Below, piece after piece: positions 1 to 10,683 of a DNA stretch of 64,000 nt. Within the stretch, counting starts at the first letter, position 1. The number at the start of each line of letters is the position of its first letter. Below the pieces are notes generated by a model. That model saw only the letters and a program-made list of their open reading frames with translations, did no database searches and was not told the origin of the DNA. The stretch is from a bacterium. Its GTDB lineage: Bacteria; SAR324; NAC60-12. The DNA is taken from assembly GCA_965209155.1 (NCBI GenBank), contig OZ242383.1:2560001-2624000 (forward strand). The letters are read 5' to 3'. The translations under genes and the position numbers were made by a program.

Positions 1-258
1 AAACAGGAAGAAGCAATTTATCTCGATTTCTTTCACGCGACCGAAAAGGCGGTTGCGCTCGCGGTGGACAAATATTTAAAAATTTTAATGACCGGGGACG
101 CCAACGAAGTTAAAAATGCGGAAAGGATTCTCACCCGCTGTTTCCCCGGAATCTGGGGAGATAAATATCAGTTGCAAGAGCGAATCGAGGAATTTCAACT
201 ACAAATGGAAAAAGTAATGGATACTATTGGAAAGGGAGGTTATGTCTTCAAATACTGA
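1..258 (+). CDS. 5'-truncated hypothetical protein, weakly resembling phage terminase small-subunit-like proteins
   Basis: Frame is open from base 1; segment AERILTRCFPGIWGDK resembles the ERR-P-WG motif of such proteins. Confidence 0.35.
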   Translation, partial: KQEEAIYLDFFHATEKAVALAVDKYLKILMTGDANEVKNAERILTRCFPGIWGDKYQLQERIEEFQLQMEKVMDTIGKGGYVFKY

Positions 259-613
259 TCTTTCAAGGAAAATGACTGCGCTGGAAAATCAGATGGCGAA
301 AATCTTAAAACCGGTAGCCTTATCTAGTTTTGGAAAACCCTGCACCCACACCGAAGTCGATGGCGTATGTCCACATGGATGCCTCAGTCCGGACGATGTG
401 AAATCTTTCATTGAATTTTTTAACTCCCGTCCTTTAGTATTTACCCATGGACTTGGTTCATCCTCGGAATTTGAAAAAGCAGAGGGTAAGATCAAGGTAA
501 CATGCGTACAAGGGAATCAAGGTTTTGAAGTTTTAAGAAAAGGCGATTATTTGGTAAAATCGAGTGAAGAAGGTGAGGAATTAGTGGTAAAGATTCCCAG
601 AAAAAGCACCTGA
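242..613 (+). CDS. hypothetical protein
   Basis: ORF with GGAGG just upstream of ATG 242, overlapping the previous ORF. Confidence 0.5.
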   Translation: MSSNTDLSRKMTALENQMAKILKPVALSSFGKPCTHTEVDGVCPHGCLSPDDVKSFIEFFNSRPLVFTHGLGSSSEFEKAEGKIKVTCVQGNQGFEVLRKGDYLVKSSEEGEELVVKIPRKST

Positions 614-1260
614 ATCCATTCGGCGAAAGTCTGTACATGCGTTTCTCCTTCCCGCAGTTCGCAGCATTGTCATTCCGGGCACAGACCCGGAATCCAGTGC
701 GCCTCGGTGCCTTCCCTTTGTGTCATTCCTGCGAAGCAGGAATGACAAGACGAGGGGCTGGACCTGAAAGGACAACACTGCGAATCGACGGAAGGACATG
801 ACGAGGGTTAGGCCAGGAAGGACCCGGAATCCAGGGCATGTACGAACTGTCACCGCCATCTACCAGCGTGTTGGTCATCCTCGCGAAAATTCTCCCCGCT
901 AATCTAGTCCCTGCTAAACTTGTCCCTGCTTTCGCAGGGAGCAGGGAGCAGGAATCCAGGAGTGTGTCATTCCCGGCACAGGGAGTGTCATTCCTGGCTT
1001 GACCAGGAATCCAGAGGAATGCGAAATCAGGTATTAGTTATTCGCTATTTCAAATGATTGTTTAATCGGAGGGGAAAAATGGAAACCATAACGAAAAACG
1101 ATTTCGAATCCCTTCCCGCTATCCAGTCCAAATGCATACCATTCCATAGACAATGGAGTCCTTGACCCCCTTTCTATGTCATTCCTGCAAAGCTCGTCCC
1201 TGAGAAACTTGTCCCTGCTTCTTATTTTTCGCTCGTAATGACACACTCTTGGCTTTGTGA

Positions 1261-1895
1261 TTTTCTCATGGAATGACAGCCTTAAGCTATTCAGAAAAAG
1301 TGGTCCAATTTTTCAGGTCGAGTGAAGAAACTGAAGAAATAGAGGTGATCCGATTTTTCAGGTCGAGTGAAGAAACTGAAGAAATAATGGGCATTTTTCC
1401 CACGCAAGTGGGCATCCAGGAAATCGAAACAGCCCCTGGATTCCTGGTCTGGGCCAGGAATGACACTTTTTTGACTTCGGGTTTTTTCTCATGGAATGAC
1501 AGCCTTAAGCAATTCAGAAAAAGTGGTCCAATTTTTTAGGTCGAGTGAAGAAACTGAAGAAATAGAGGTGATCCGATTTTTCAGGTCGAGTGAAGAAACT
1601 GAAGAAATAATGGGCATTATTCCCGCGCAAGTGGGCATCCAGGAAATCGAAACAACCCCTGGATTCCTGGTCTGGGCCAGGAATGACACATTCTTGGATT
1701 GGTGGTTTTCGCCTGGAATGACGCACTCCTGGATTCCGGATCAACGCCCGGAATGACACAATCCTGGATTGCCGGTCTTTGCCCGGAATGACACTTTTCT
1801 GACTTCGGGTTTTTTCTCATGGAATGACAGCCTTAAGGTATTCAGAAGAGGTTAACCGATTTTTCAGGTCGAGTGAAGAAACTGAAGAAATACCA
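1261..1895. repeat. 223-bp tandem repeat (2 full units + partial third) with a 33-bp core present 5 times
   Basis: Core TTTTTCAGGTCGAGTGAAGAAACTGAAGAAATA at ~1309, 1354, 1532, 1577, 1860; unit offset 1273 to 1496. Confidence 0.9.
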
Positions 1896-1924
1896 GGCAA
1901 TATTCCTCAAACTTTTATTTTGAC

Positions 1925-2033
1925 GCGCTTTTTGAGAACCATTGCCGTCGGATGGAAGCAGGCGAAAGTGGAGCAGAACGCTCAGGCCATCGTCAAGGAG
2001 GCTGGTGAGTTTTACGACCAGCTGCGCGTGTAA
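1925..2033 (+). pseudogene. RmuC-like C-terminal fragment
   Basis: LRTIAVGWKQAKVEQNAQAIVKEAGEFYDQL matches the conserved RmuC C-terminal segment; no 5' part present. Confidence 0.55.
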
Positions 2034-2467
2034 GGGAGCACGCGAACCGCGTCAGCGTCGCCTTGAACAAAGCCGTTGACGCGCAAACCAAGAGCGTCCG
2101 GATTTATGATTCCGTCTGATTGAGGGTGAGCAAATAGAATGACCTGTCCCTTAAAAAAGAGAAGATGACTCCCTAGCGAGTCGTTCTCTATTAAGAGACA
2201 GGCCAATGATCTAAAAAAATAGGATAATTTTTAAATAATTTCAAATTTTTTCTTGAGCATTGGATCATTTGAATATACTGATGCTGAAGACCAACGGGGT
2301 TAAGAGACTGTTTGGATAAAAAATTGCCTGTTTACCAGATTTCCATTTTTTTAAAAGGAGATTGATGTATCCAAGCAATTTAAGAAGCCCTCTGGAAAAA
2401 CCCGTTCCTCACCCGAAACGCTCATGCCAAACTTCCAGGCCCGACCCCCTTCTCATGACTCGAGGCC

Positions 2468-2539
2468 TCGGCGGGTCGTTACTGCCTTAACGGGTAAGAG
2501 ACTAACACTCTCTATTTCTTGCCAGCTTTCCTGGCGCAC
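2468..2539 (-). other. possible group II intron 5' stub (start of domain I)
   Basis: Minus strand reads GTGCGCCAGGAAAGCTGGC...AGAGTGTTAGTCTCT...AAGGCAGTAAC. Confidence 0.4.
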
Positions 2540-2556
2540 AGCCTGCCCCCCTACCT

Positions 2557-2790
2557 TCAATCAAAAATGTTTTGTGGAAGATTGAAATGTCGAATAATTG
2601 ATTTCTGGTAACCTGGATATATTTCAGTCTTATTACCATGAAACTTGATTGGATAGTGTCTGGCTTTACCCAAAATATCTGGATGGACAATCATCCGGTG
2701 ACTTCCCTTACCTCGGTAACCAGAGACATTGAATCGAGTATCATGTTTTTTCAGAATTTTTATGATTTCACGATAGGTACGAGTTTTCAC
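2557..2790 (-). CDS. hicA: HicA family toxin
   Basis: 77 aa, basic, GKGSHR motif; coupled to upstream HicB-like ORF. Confidence 0.8.
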   Translation of the reverse strand: MKTRTYREIIKILKKHDTRFNVSGYRGKGSHRMIVHPDILGKARHYPIKFHGNKTEIYPGYQKSIIRHFNLPQNIFD

Positions 2791-3137
2791 GGATGAAGGG
2801 ATTCATGAGAAGTGTTCTGGTTGATGGAAGGCATAAATACATCTTGAACAATAGAATCTTTCTCATGCCCTTTTGATTCCAAATCCATTCTTCTTTGTTT
2901 GATTTCTTCAATTACGATTTTTTCATACAAATCCAAATAATATTTATCTGCCTGAATAAAGATTTGATCCAATGTGCCATGGTGAATGGCATAACTTATT
3001 TGGAATTCAATGGTCTCTAAGAGATCATCCAAAGCCTCTTTGGAATTTTTCCCATACCCCCTTAAATTCATATCAATCGCAATGGCATACCAACCATCAT
3101 CCTCGTGAACCCCTAAAACTTTCAGTGCAATGCTCAT
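2787..3137 (-). CDS. HicB-like antitoxin
   Basis: EDDGWYA...GYGKNSKEALDDL partial RNase H-fold motif; 4-nt overlap with hicA. Confidence 0.65.
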   Translation of the reverse strand: MSIALKVLGVHEDDGWYAIAIDMNLRGYGKNSKEALDDLLETIEFQISYAIHHGTLDQIFIQADKYYLDLYEKIVIEEIKQRRMDLESKGHEKDSIVQDVFMPSINQNTSHESLHP

Positions 3138-3679
3138 CGTGACCTCCCCCTTCATATTCTGATAGTTAAAGATGATGTTTTATTATCCCATTCGATAAGT
3201 TACTTGTAATATATTGCGAAAAAACGTCAATTTATCAACAATAAATTCTTCAAAGGATGACTCGAGGCGGGATCTTAATACCAGAATACCTGACCCCCGA
3301 TCCCAGGCAGTGCGAATGGCAATTCTATTGCGGAAAACGTGGGTCGAAACATTTACGGAAATATGATATTTTCAGATATCTTTTAACGACTTTCTGAAAA
3401 GGGCAATCTTGATTTCGACGCCCCGGTGAGGACGCCGAGCTATGAGCAACACCTAATCCATTAAGGAAGAATGCCCGATTATTGGTCCGACCTCCGGGAG
3501 CGACCCTTTGGTTAGAATAAGGACGATTCCATTCATCGGGCAACCCGACAAATGAATGGATTATACTCGCTGAATAGCACCATCCTGCAATGATTTGGGA
3601 ATTGCAAAATAAAAAAGCGATCTTGATAAATTGAATATGTTTTGGTAGATTTCCAGGAACTGAAATAGAAGGAGGAATT

Positions 3680-3970
3680 ATGGAAGCAACAACGAAAGAG
3701 GATTTGAGCGGACTGAAAGAGGATTTCAGAGAATTGAAAAGTGAATGGAAAGAGGATTTCAGAACACTCAGAACTGAATTGAAAAATGATCTAAGAGAGG
3801 TCCTTAATAAACTGGATAAGTTATCGGATGATCACGTTCAACTCTCCAAATCCGTATCCAAGTTAGAAGGAAAGTTTTTCTACCTGAATTGGCTTTTTGG
3901 AATTGTGATCGTTTTCGTGATTGGTGCAATCGGTCGGATTGCATTCTTCCCCAATCTACCAATGCCTTAA
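3680..3970 (+). CDS. small coiled-coil protein with C-terminal TM helix (DUF1640/CCDC90-like)
   Basis: TKEDL motif, heptad pattern, hydrophobic C-terminus; AGGAGG RBS; TTGATA-17-TAGATT upstream. Confidence 0.75.
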   Translation: MEATTKEDLSGLKEDFRELKSEWKEDFRTLRTELKNDLREVLNKLDKLSDDHVQLSKSVSKLEGKFFYLNWLFGIVIVFVIGAIGRIAFFPNLPMP

Positions 3971-4164
3971 CTTAAAAGTCTCAGAATCATGGAGACCTTA
4001 AATGTTAATTGGATTTGCATTGAAAAAAATATTTGAGAAATTAAAAATAAGAAGTGCCCCCTTTCCAAATCGGATTCCTCTTCCAATCCGGTTTCAAAGT
4101 ATGGCGCAATGCAATCATCCTTTATTAATCAGAAAACCCGACAAATCACCTTGCCTTTGACGCT

Positions 4165-4680
4165 TTTGCGCCAGTTATCGGTTGTCAGTTCCTTCACGAG
4201 TCTCCTTTGTGCCTCTCTTCCCTTTGTGCGTTCCCCCCTTTGTGTCATTCCTGGCTTGACCAGGAATCCAGGGAATCAATGACGCCTTTCCTGTCCCCGC
4301 CCCGGAATCCAGTGTATTAAGGATGTCCTTCCAGGCTTGCCCAGGAATCCAGAAATGATAAGACGACGGGCTGCGCTTTAATACAAGAGGACAAGACGAG
4401 GTTGGAGCCAGGAATGACAACACAGGGGCTGGACCTGGAAGGAGAACACTGCCTATCTTCGTAAGGAAAGTATCGCAACCAACCCTGGATTCCTGGTCTG
4501 GGCCAGGAATGACAAGACGACGGACTGCCCTTTAATAATGACGACAGACTGCCCTTTAATAATAAGGTTGCAGTTCCTGCACGAGTCTCCCCTCTTCCCT
4601 TTGTGCCTTTGTGCCTCTCTTCTCGCCTTTGTGCCTCTCTTCTCGCCTTTGTGCCTCTCTTCCTTTGTGCCTTCCCTTAA
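4165..4680 (-). repeat. mosaic intergenic repeat block (GGCACAAA 8-mers on minus strand plus GTCATTCC..GGAATCC palindromes)
   Basis: TTTGTGCC runs and palindromes read directly; ~95-bp block 4225-4320 duplicated at ~5254-5350. Confidence 0.85.
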
Positions 4681-4752
4681 AAAATTGATTGATAAAAACG
4701 CAAATTTTTATAAAATATCTCCAATTCTTCAATGACGACAAAGGAGAACGCC

Positions 4753-4959
4753 ATGAGTGATGAAACATTAAGAGATTTGCAAAAATCCAAATCGCTTGTG
4801 CTGGAAATCATTGAACGGTTGACGAAAGTCGAAACTCAATTGGTAAGCAAAGCCGACAAAGCCGATCTTCAAGAAATGGAATCTAATTTATTGAAATGGC
4901 TCATCGGAACGATTTTGGCTTGTTTCGTTGTCTTGGGGGCGTTTTTGAAATATTTTTAA
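4753..4959 (+). CDS. small coiled-coil/TM protein, MSDETL subfamily
   Basis: AAGGAG RBS; paralog of 16713, 28399 and 31058; ends WLIGTILACFVVLGAFLKYF. Confidence 0.8.
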   Translation: MSDETLRDLQKSKSLVLEIIERLTKVETQLVSKADKADLQEMESNLLKWLIGTILACFVVLGAFLKYF

Positions 4960-5119
4960 CCGCATTCCTCAGCGAGTCATTCCTGGCTCCGATCCGGAAC
5001 CGGAAGGAAAGTATCGCCACCCACCCTGGATTCCTGCGTTCGCAGGAATGACACGTTTTTGCACTCCGGATTCACATAATAATGATGTGTTTTGCTGGTC
5101 CCGGATCATCTCGGACTTG

Positions 5120-5880
5120 ATCAGGAATCCAGTATGCCTTCCCTCTGTGCCTTTGCGCCTCTCTTCCCTTTGTGCCTTTGTACCTTTGTGCCGTGCCAGT
5201 TATCGGTTATCAGTGATCAGTTTTCAGTTATCGTTTCCTTCACACGTCTCTTTTGTGCGTTCCCCCCTTTGTGTCATTCCTGGCTTGACCAGGAATCCAG
5301 GGAATCAATGACGCCTTTCCTGTCCCCGCCCCGGAATCCAGTGTATTGAGGATGTCGTAGCTGCGCAATCGGGAATCCAGGAATGACAAGACGACGGCCT
5401 GCGCTTTAATAATAAGGTTGCAGGTCATGCGCCTCTCTTCCTTTGTGCCTCTGTGCCTTTCTTCCTTTGTGCCTCTCTTCTCGCCTTTGTGCCGTGGCGC
5501 TTTGGCGCCAGTGATCAGTCGTCGGTTGTCAGTTATCAGTTCCTGCACGAGTCACCAATCTTCCTTTGTGCCTTTGTGCCTTTGTGCCGTGGCGCTTTAG
5601 CGCCAGTTATCAGTTATCAGTTATCAGTGATCAGTGATCAGTGATCAGTGATCAGTGATCAGTTCCTTCACGAGTCACCAATCTTCCTTTGTGCCTTTGT
5701 GCCTTCCCTCAGTGCCTTTGTGCCTTGGAGCCAGTTATCGGTTATCAGTTGTCAGTGATCGGTGATCAGTTCCTTCACGAGTCTCCTTTGCACATTTGCG
5801 CCTCTCTTCCTTTGTGCCTTTGTGCCTCTCTTCCTTTGTGCCTTTGTGCCTTTGTGCCTCTGTGCCTTCCCCTTTGCACT
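5120..5880 (-). repeat. mosaic 8-mer (GGCACAAA) / 7-mer (CTGATAA, CTGATCA) repeat block
   Basis: TTTGTGCC and TTATCAG/TGATCAG tandem runs on + strand. Confidence 0.9.
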
Positions 5881-6185
5881 CCGGATTCACGTATTCAATA
5901 ATAATGTATTTTTTAAACAGGCTCTGAAAAAAAAATGTTGACAAACCAGGAAAACCGTGATTTACTGGGATTCATGTCTCTTACCAGTCTCCTCCATAGA
6001 GACCGATCGTTCGTCTTTCACCAAGGCGAACGATCCATCCCTTCCATGGACGAGGAGGGGTGAGGGACGGGTGATTGCTGGAGTGAATTCTGAAAAAAAA
6101 TATTTTTCTTGCTTGCATTGTATTAAAAAGTTGCATAAATTATCAAAAAAGATTTAAAAAAAATAAAAAAGATTTAAAAAAGTGC

Positions 6186-6214
6186 TTGACTTTCAAATCT
6201 TTTTTTAATATTTT
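6186..6214 (+). promoter_or_regulatory. candidate sigma70 promoter for lipoprotein-slam operon
   Basis: TTGACT-17 bp-TATTTT preceded by an A-rich tract. Confidence 0.4.
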
Positions 6215-6567
6215 ATGCCAATGACAAGCTCCTGCATGTCATTGGTGATCGTCTTTGATGAAATTTCTCAACGCGGATTTCGTGTGGGAGCACCCCGGAA
6301 ATGCGCTTAAAGAGGAAGGCAATGACGAAAGATGAACGCCCCCGCAATGCTTGCCGTCATCAATGGAATCGAAGCCCAATGGGAGGCCTGGCTGAGGCCG
6401 AGATTGTTGAGGTGGGTGGCAAGGTCGATAAACCCGAGTTGATTGGCTCGTAGTGAGAAGGAAAATACTGCGATGGATCAGCGGGTATTGGGGATAACAT
6501 CGTAATTTCTTGTTTCAATTGAGCGTTCCGGCATCCTTTTTGAATGTCGGAGTATTGAGTGTGTTGA

Positions 6568-8439
6568 ATGAACGTTTGTGAAATTAATTCTATGGAGAAA
6601 GACATGAGAGAAAAAATAAAAAATGAACCAGGTGAAATCCAATTTTTCGCTTCCCTTGGGAAGTCGAACCTCAAGACGTGGTTGGGGATCTTTTTGTTGA
6701 TTGCGTCAGTGGCTCTTTTCAGTGCCTGCGCCCCCACGGGAGATGACGCGGAACCGACAACCCCCGATGTAACGCAAGAACCTGATCCTGAACCCACAAC
6801 CCCTCCGGCTCCTCTTGAGCTCACTACCCTCGAAGTCGCCCAGAAGGATGCTTCCGATGCAATGGATGCCGCCAAGACGGCGGCTGATATGGCCAAGGAT
6901 GCATACGATGCGGCAGCCATGGCAGGGGCGAATCGCGCGACCATCCAAACCGGTTCCAAGATGTATGATATGAACCTGGATGCCGCCAAGGATGCGTACG
7001 ACGACGCCATGGAAGCCTACGAGACCGCCAAGATGGAATCCGAAGCGGCACAGGCAGCGACGGACGTGGTAACGGCCACCAAGGCTGCCGTCAGGGCCGA
7101 GGACGCGCAAAAAGACGCTGAAGAAGCATTGGAAATGGCAGATACCGCCTCAAAAGCCGCGGTGGAAGCTGCCATGAGTCTGCTGATGTACAACAATGCG
7201 TATTCTATCGGCGATAAAATGATTGATTTGGATGCGTCGAATCAGGTTGTGACGACCACTACTGGCGGGACGACCAAGATAGTCAATACGGGATTCCAAG
7301 AAGACCTGAAGCAGGAATCAGTTGGAATGGAAACGGGGGTAGCGTTTGCAGCCAACACGGATCCCACTGAGGATACAGAATACGTTCAAGGCAGGGCGGC
7401 GCGGGACATCATTATCGGCAAGACCGTCGATTCAGCAGACGATTCGGCACGGCTGGCCATCATCACCAGCTATGTTGGCACGAAGACAGTCAAAGTGTTT
7501 GCATACGGTGAAGTTAATCCAGGTATAGACTCCACAGCCGACGGGCGGACGGGTACGGTGCTGGGTAAACTCACCCTCAACGACCATAACGCTGACACTA
7601 CCGACGACACCAACAATACGACCCTGAGGTCCTTGGGCAAGTACTACCTCGCGGGTGGTGATGGCGTTACCGACCTCGCAGGAACCCTTGTGATCGCAGC
7701 CAATACCGAACCCGTGACGGTGTACTCCTACGTGGATCCCGACTCGGATGGTGACGGTACTGCGGACGACCCCATGACGCACTATTTGGTGATGGACAGC
7801 CAGCGTACAGATGGCGGTACCACCACCTACATCTACCGGGAAGTTGACATCACGGCTGCAATTAGTGATGATGTCACTGACGGTACGGCCGACGACGAAA
7901 AAATGGTGACGACCACCCTCCCCGACGCCGCTGAATATGAACATATCAACTTCGGAGTCTGGACCAACCTGAACGAGGACGGTACCGCCGCTAGTGCCAT
8001 CGGCATCGGCTTCGTCCAGAGCGTCGGCGACGGGATGACCGAGGCTTCGGACATGCCGAACCACATGAGTGCCGAATATAACGGCAACTGGGTTGCCACG
8101 GTGCAGGTAATCGACGAAGAAGGCGACGGGGCGGTAAACCTGGAGGATGGCGAGGCGACAATAACGGCGGACTTCGAAAAGTTGACAGTTGAGGCCGTGT
8201 TGAAGGACCTTGCCACGCTCTCCGCTGACATTGACATCGACGGGAACACGTTCTCCGGGACTGAGGTGTCCGATATGGATAACGGCAACCTGAGCAGCAA
8301 CGCTGACGACTTCAAGGGCTCCACCTCCGGCGGCTTCTTCGGCACCCGGGCGGCGGAAATCGGCGGTGTTTTTAGTTTCACATCTGAGGACAACAACAAG
8401 GACGGCGCGTTCAGCGGAGCGTTTGGCGGCCAAAGGTAA
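6568..8439 (+). CDS. TbpB-like surface lipoprotein (start may be 6592 or 6604)
   Basis: Lipobox LFSA-C, Pro/Ala-rich linker, C-terminal GGFFG..AAEIGGVF..FSGAFGG barrel motifs; adjacent to Slam. Confidence 0.85.
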   Translation: MNVCEINSMEKDMREKIKNEPGEIQFFASLGKSNLKTWLGIFLLIASVALFSACAPTGDDAEPTTPDVTQEPDPEPTTPPAPLELTTLEVAQKDASDAMDAAKTAADMAKDAYDAAAMAGANRATIQTGSKMYDMNLDAAKDAYDDAMEAYETAKMESEAAQAATDVVTATKAAVRAEDAQKDAEEALEMADTASKAAVEAAMSLLMYNNAYSIGDKMIDLDASNQVVTTTTGGTTKIVNTGFQEDLKQESVGMETGVAFAANTDPTEDTEYVQGRAARDIIIGKTVDSADDSARLAIITSYVGTKTVKVFAYGEVNPGIDSTADGRTGTVLGKLTLNDHNADTTDDTNNTTLRSLGKYYLAGGDGVTDLAGTLVIAANTEPVTVYSYVDPDSDGDGTADDPMTHYLVMDSQRTDGGTTTYIYREVDITAAISDDVTDGTADDEKMVTTTLPDAAEYEHINFGVWTNLNEDGTAASAIGIGFVQSVGDGMTEASDMPNHMSAEYNGNWVATVQVIDEEGDGAVNLEDGEATITADFEKLTVEAVLKDLATLSADIDIDGNTFSGTEVSDMDNGNLSSNADDFKGSTSGGFFGTRAAEIGGVFSFTSEDNNKDGAFSGAFGGQR

Positions 8440-8531
8440 TTTCTGTAGCATCTGACCATCCTGACTACATCGAGTGCCCGGGTCCTTGCCGGATCTGGGC
8501 GCTTCTTTCTTTTCAATCATAAAGGGGCGAC

Positions 8532-9863
8532 ATGAGCCGCTGGATTTTAGGGTTGGCGGCGGTGCTCCTGCTCATAACGATTTTGCCGGTCCCAGCAGTG
8601 GCTCAAGAGTCCCCGCGGCCGGCGATTTCCAACGAAACCCTCTTCGAAGCGGCCCGTAAGGCCCTCGACGCCGGCAAACTCGACGATGCCGAATTCCTGC
8701 TTGAAGGAATCGAGGCGGACGAGGGCAACTTCGACGAGTTGGACTTCCTGCAGGGCCTGATCGCCATGCAGCGCAAAGACTGGCCATCCGCCATCTCGCG
8801 CTTCCACTCTATTCTCATTCGACATCCCGATCTCCCCCGACCCCGTCTCGAACTCGCCCGCGCCTTCTTCCATGCGGGGGACGATAAACTCGCCCGGCAC
8901 CATTTCGAACGCGTCCTCGCCAGCGATCCTCCGGAAGCGGTGGTCAAGAACGTGCAGGGATTTCTCGACCGCATCCGCGCCCGCCGTCGTTGGGACGCGC
9001 ATTTCGGACTCGCCCTCGCTCCAGACAGCAACGTCAATACCGCCACGAGCGCGGACATCGTCTGGCTTTACGGATTGCCCTTCCGGGTGGATGATGAATC
9101 GAGACCCTCCTCCGGGGTGGGCCTCATCGTCTGGGGAGGCGCCGAGTACGAGTATCCCCTCACGCCGCAGGCCCACTGGCTCGCCGGGGCCGATCTGCGC
9201 CGGCAGGAACACCGCCGCCAGGAATTCAACCGCATGACGCTCTCCCTGCACACGGGTCCCCGTTGGATCCTCACGCGCCACGCGGAATTCAGCCTGCTTG
9301 CCAGTCGACGCCAACAATGGGCGGGCAACAAACCAGGCTACGTGGAAAACGGCCTGCGCCTCGAAAGCGCGCAACGCCTCGGCACGCACTGGGTCGCCAT
9401 CGAAAGGGCGAGCTGGCACGATCGACGCTACGACGATTTGAAACACCTCGATGGACCCCGCTGGGACGTCTCCCTCACTGCACGCTGGCAGTCCACCCCG
9501 GCCCTCTCCATGAGCGCCACCCTCGGCTACGGAGACGAACGCACCGAAAGGCGCTCGCATCGTTTCACGCGTCCCCGTATCAGCCTCTCCGCCTCCTACG
9601 CCCTGCCCCTCGGTTTCAGCCTCGGCGCCACCACCACCGTCGCCCGCAGCTTCTACCAACCCGACTGGTCCTACCTCACCCGCGGAACTAAAAAGCGTGA
9701 GGACCTTTCGCGCACCTACCAACTCTCCGTCTTCAACCGCGCCTTCACCCTCTTCGGATTCAGCCCCCAACTGATCCTCGTCCACGAAGAACGCCAATCC
9801 AACGCCCAGTACTACGACTACCAACGCCTCCGCGCCGAACTGCGCATCCTCCGCCTTTTCTGA
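8532..9863 (+). CDS. Slam family outer membrane protein (TPR + DUF560 barrel; type XI secretion)
   Basis: Signal peptide, RPRLELARAFF TPR motif, PDSNVN motif, terminal Phe. Confidence 0.88.
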   Translation: MSRWILGLAAVLLLITILPVPAVAQESPRPAISNETLFEAARKALDAGKLDDAEFLLEGIEADEGNFDELDFLQGLIAMQRKDWPSAISRFHSILIRHPDLPRPRLELARAFFHAGDDKLARHHFERVLASDPPEAVVKNVQGFLDRIRARRRWDAHFGLALAPDSNVNTATSADIVWLYGLPFRVDDESRPSSGVGLIVWGGAEYEYPLTPQAHWLAGADLRRQEHRRQEFNRMTLSLHTGPRWILTRHAEFSLLASRRQQWAGNKPGYVENGLRLESAQRLGTHWVAIERASWHDRRYDDLKHLDGPRWDVSLTARWQSTPALSMSATLGYGDERTERRSHRFTRPRISLSASYALPLGFSLGATTTVARSFYQPDWSYLTRGTKKREDLSRTYQLSVFNRAFTLFGFSPQLILVHEERQSNAQYYDYQRLRAELRILRLF

Positions 9864-9886
9864 TAAAACGACGTTTCCTTCGCAAT

Positions 9887-10009
9887 GGGGTCAGGCTTGG
9901 AAGTTTGGAAAAATCTTTCGGGGTCATCTTTCTGGGTTATCTTTCGGGGTCACTGTCAATGATCATCCCTTGCAAAACCTGATTTTCCCAAACTACCAAG
10001 CCAGACCCC
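9887..10009. repeat. ~100-120 bp hairpin element with ~29-bp imperfect inverted arms (copy 1 of 3)
   Basis: GGGGTCAGGCTTGGAAGTTTGGAAAAATC ... GATTTTCCCAAACTACCAAGCCAGACCCC. Confidence 0.85.
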
Positions 10010-10015
10010 GAACCA

Positions 10016-10425
10016 CGAAGAGAGGCACAAAGGCACAAAGGGAAGAGAGGTGCTTCCTGAAAGAACTGATAACTGATAACTGATAACTGGCGCCAAGGCG
10101 CCATGGCACAAAGGCATACTGGATTCCTGGTCTGGCTCGGGGGTCAGGCTTGTATATTGGTATTAAGACACCGCTTCCCTCGTTGCCGTGTCCATCCTGG
10201 CATAGACCTCGCCATGTCATTCCTGCCGTAGATCCTCGTCTTGTCATTCCTGGCTCCGACCAGGAATCCAGGGATGTTTACGATTCCTTCGTTAGCCTCT
10301 TCTGAACCCAATCACGCCGCATCCCTCGTCTTGTCATTCCTGGCTCCGACCAGGAATCCAGGGTTGTTCACGATTCTCCTGGATTCCCTGTCGTCTGGTT
10401 TCCGGGTCGGAGCCTGAAATGACAC
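10016..10425 (+). repeat. mosaic repeat block (8-mer, 7-mer, palindromes)
   Basis: GGCACAAA, CTGATAA and GTCATTCCTGGCTCCGACCAGGAATCCAG read directly. Confidence 0.85.
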
Positions 10426-10683
10426 CCTCCCGTATTTCTTCTTTCAGGGGAATGACATAGAAAAGAGGGACAAGTATTCAATTGTTATATATGCGACAGG
10501 GGGTTCTTGCCTGATGCATCGATCCCATTGCACGAGCCACCTTAACGAGGCCATACCCACCTATGTCTCCACTCGATCTTTCGCATTGCTTCTTTTCTGG
10601 GTCTTGCGTATCTGTTTCATAAGACCTCCCTTCGTCGAATTGGATTTTATCTGGTAAAGAAAACTATTTACTGACCCATTTTA

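Noticed and set aside
1309..1895. CRISPR array from the 33-bp repeated core
   Set aside because: Intervening sequences are 12 bp or ~145 bp and are themselves repeated; no cas genes.
7432..9824. Long antisense ORFs opposite the lipoprotein and slam (also opposite MMPL, oadA, lpxD)
   Set aside because: Shadow ORFs from GC-rich codon bias; the sense strand carries the recognisable motifs.
10490..10630. Possible IS110/IS1111 non-coding end (similar impression at ~27595-27672)
   Set aside because: Only a vague resemblance, with no adjacent transposase and no second copy to define it.
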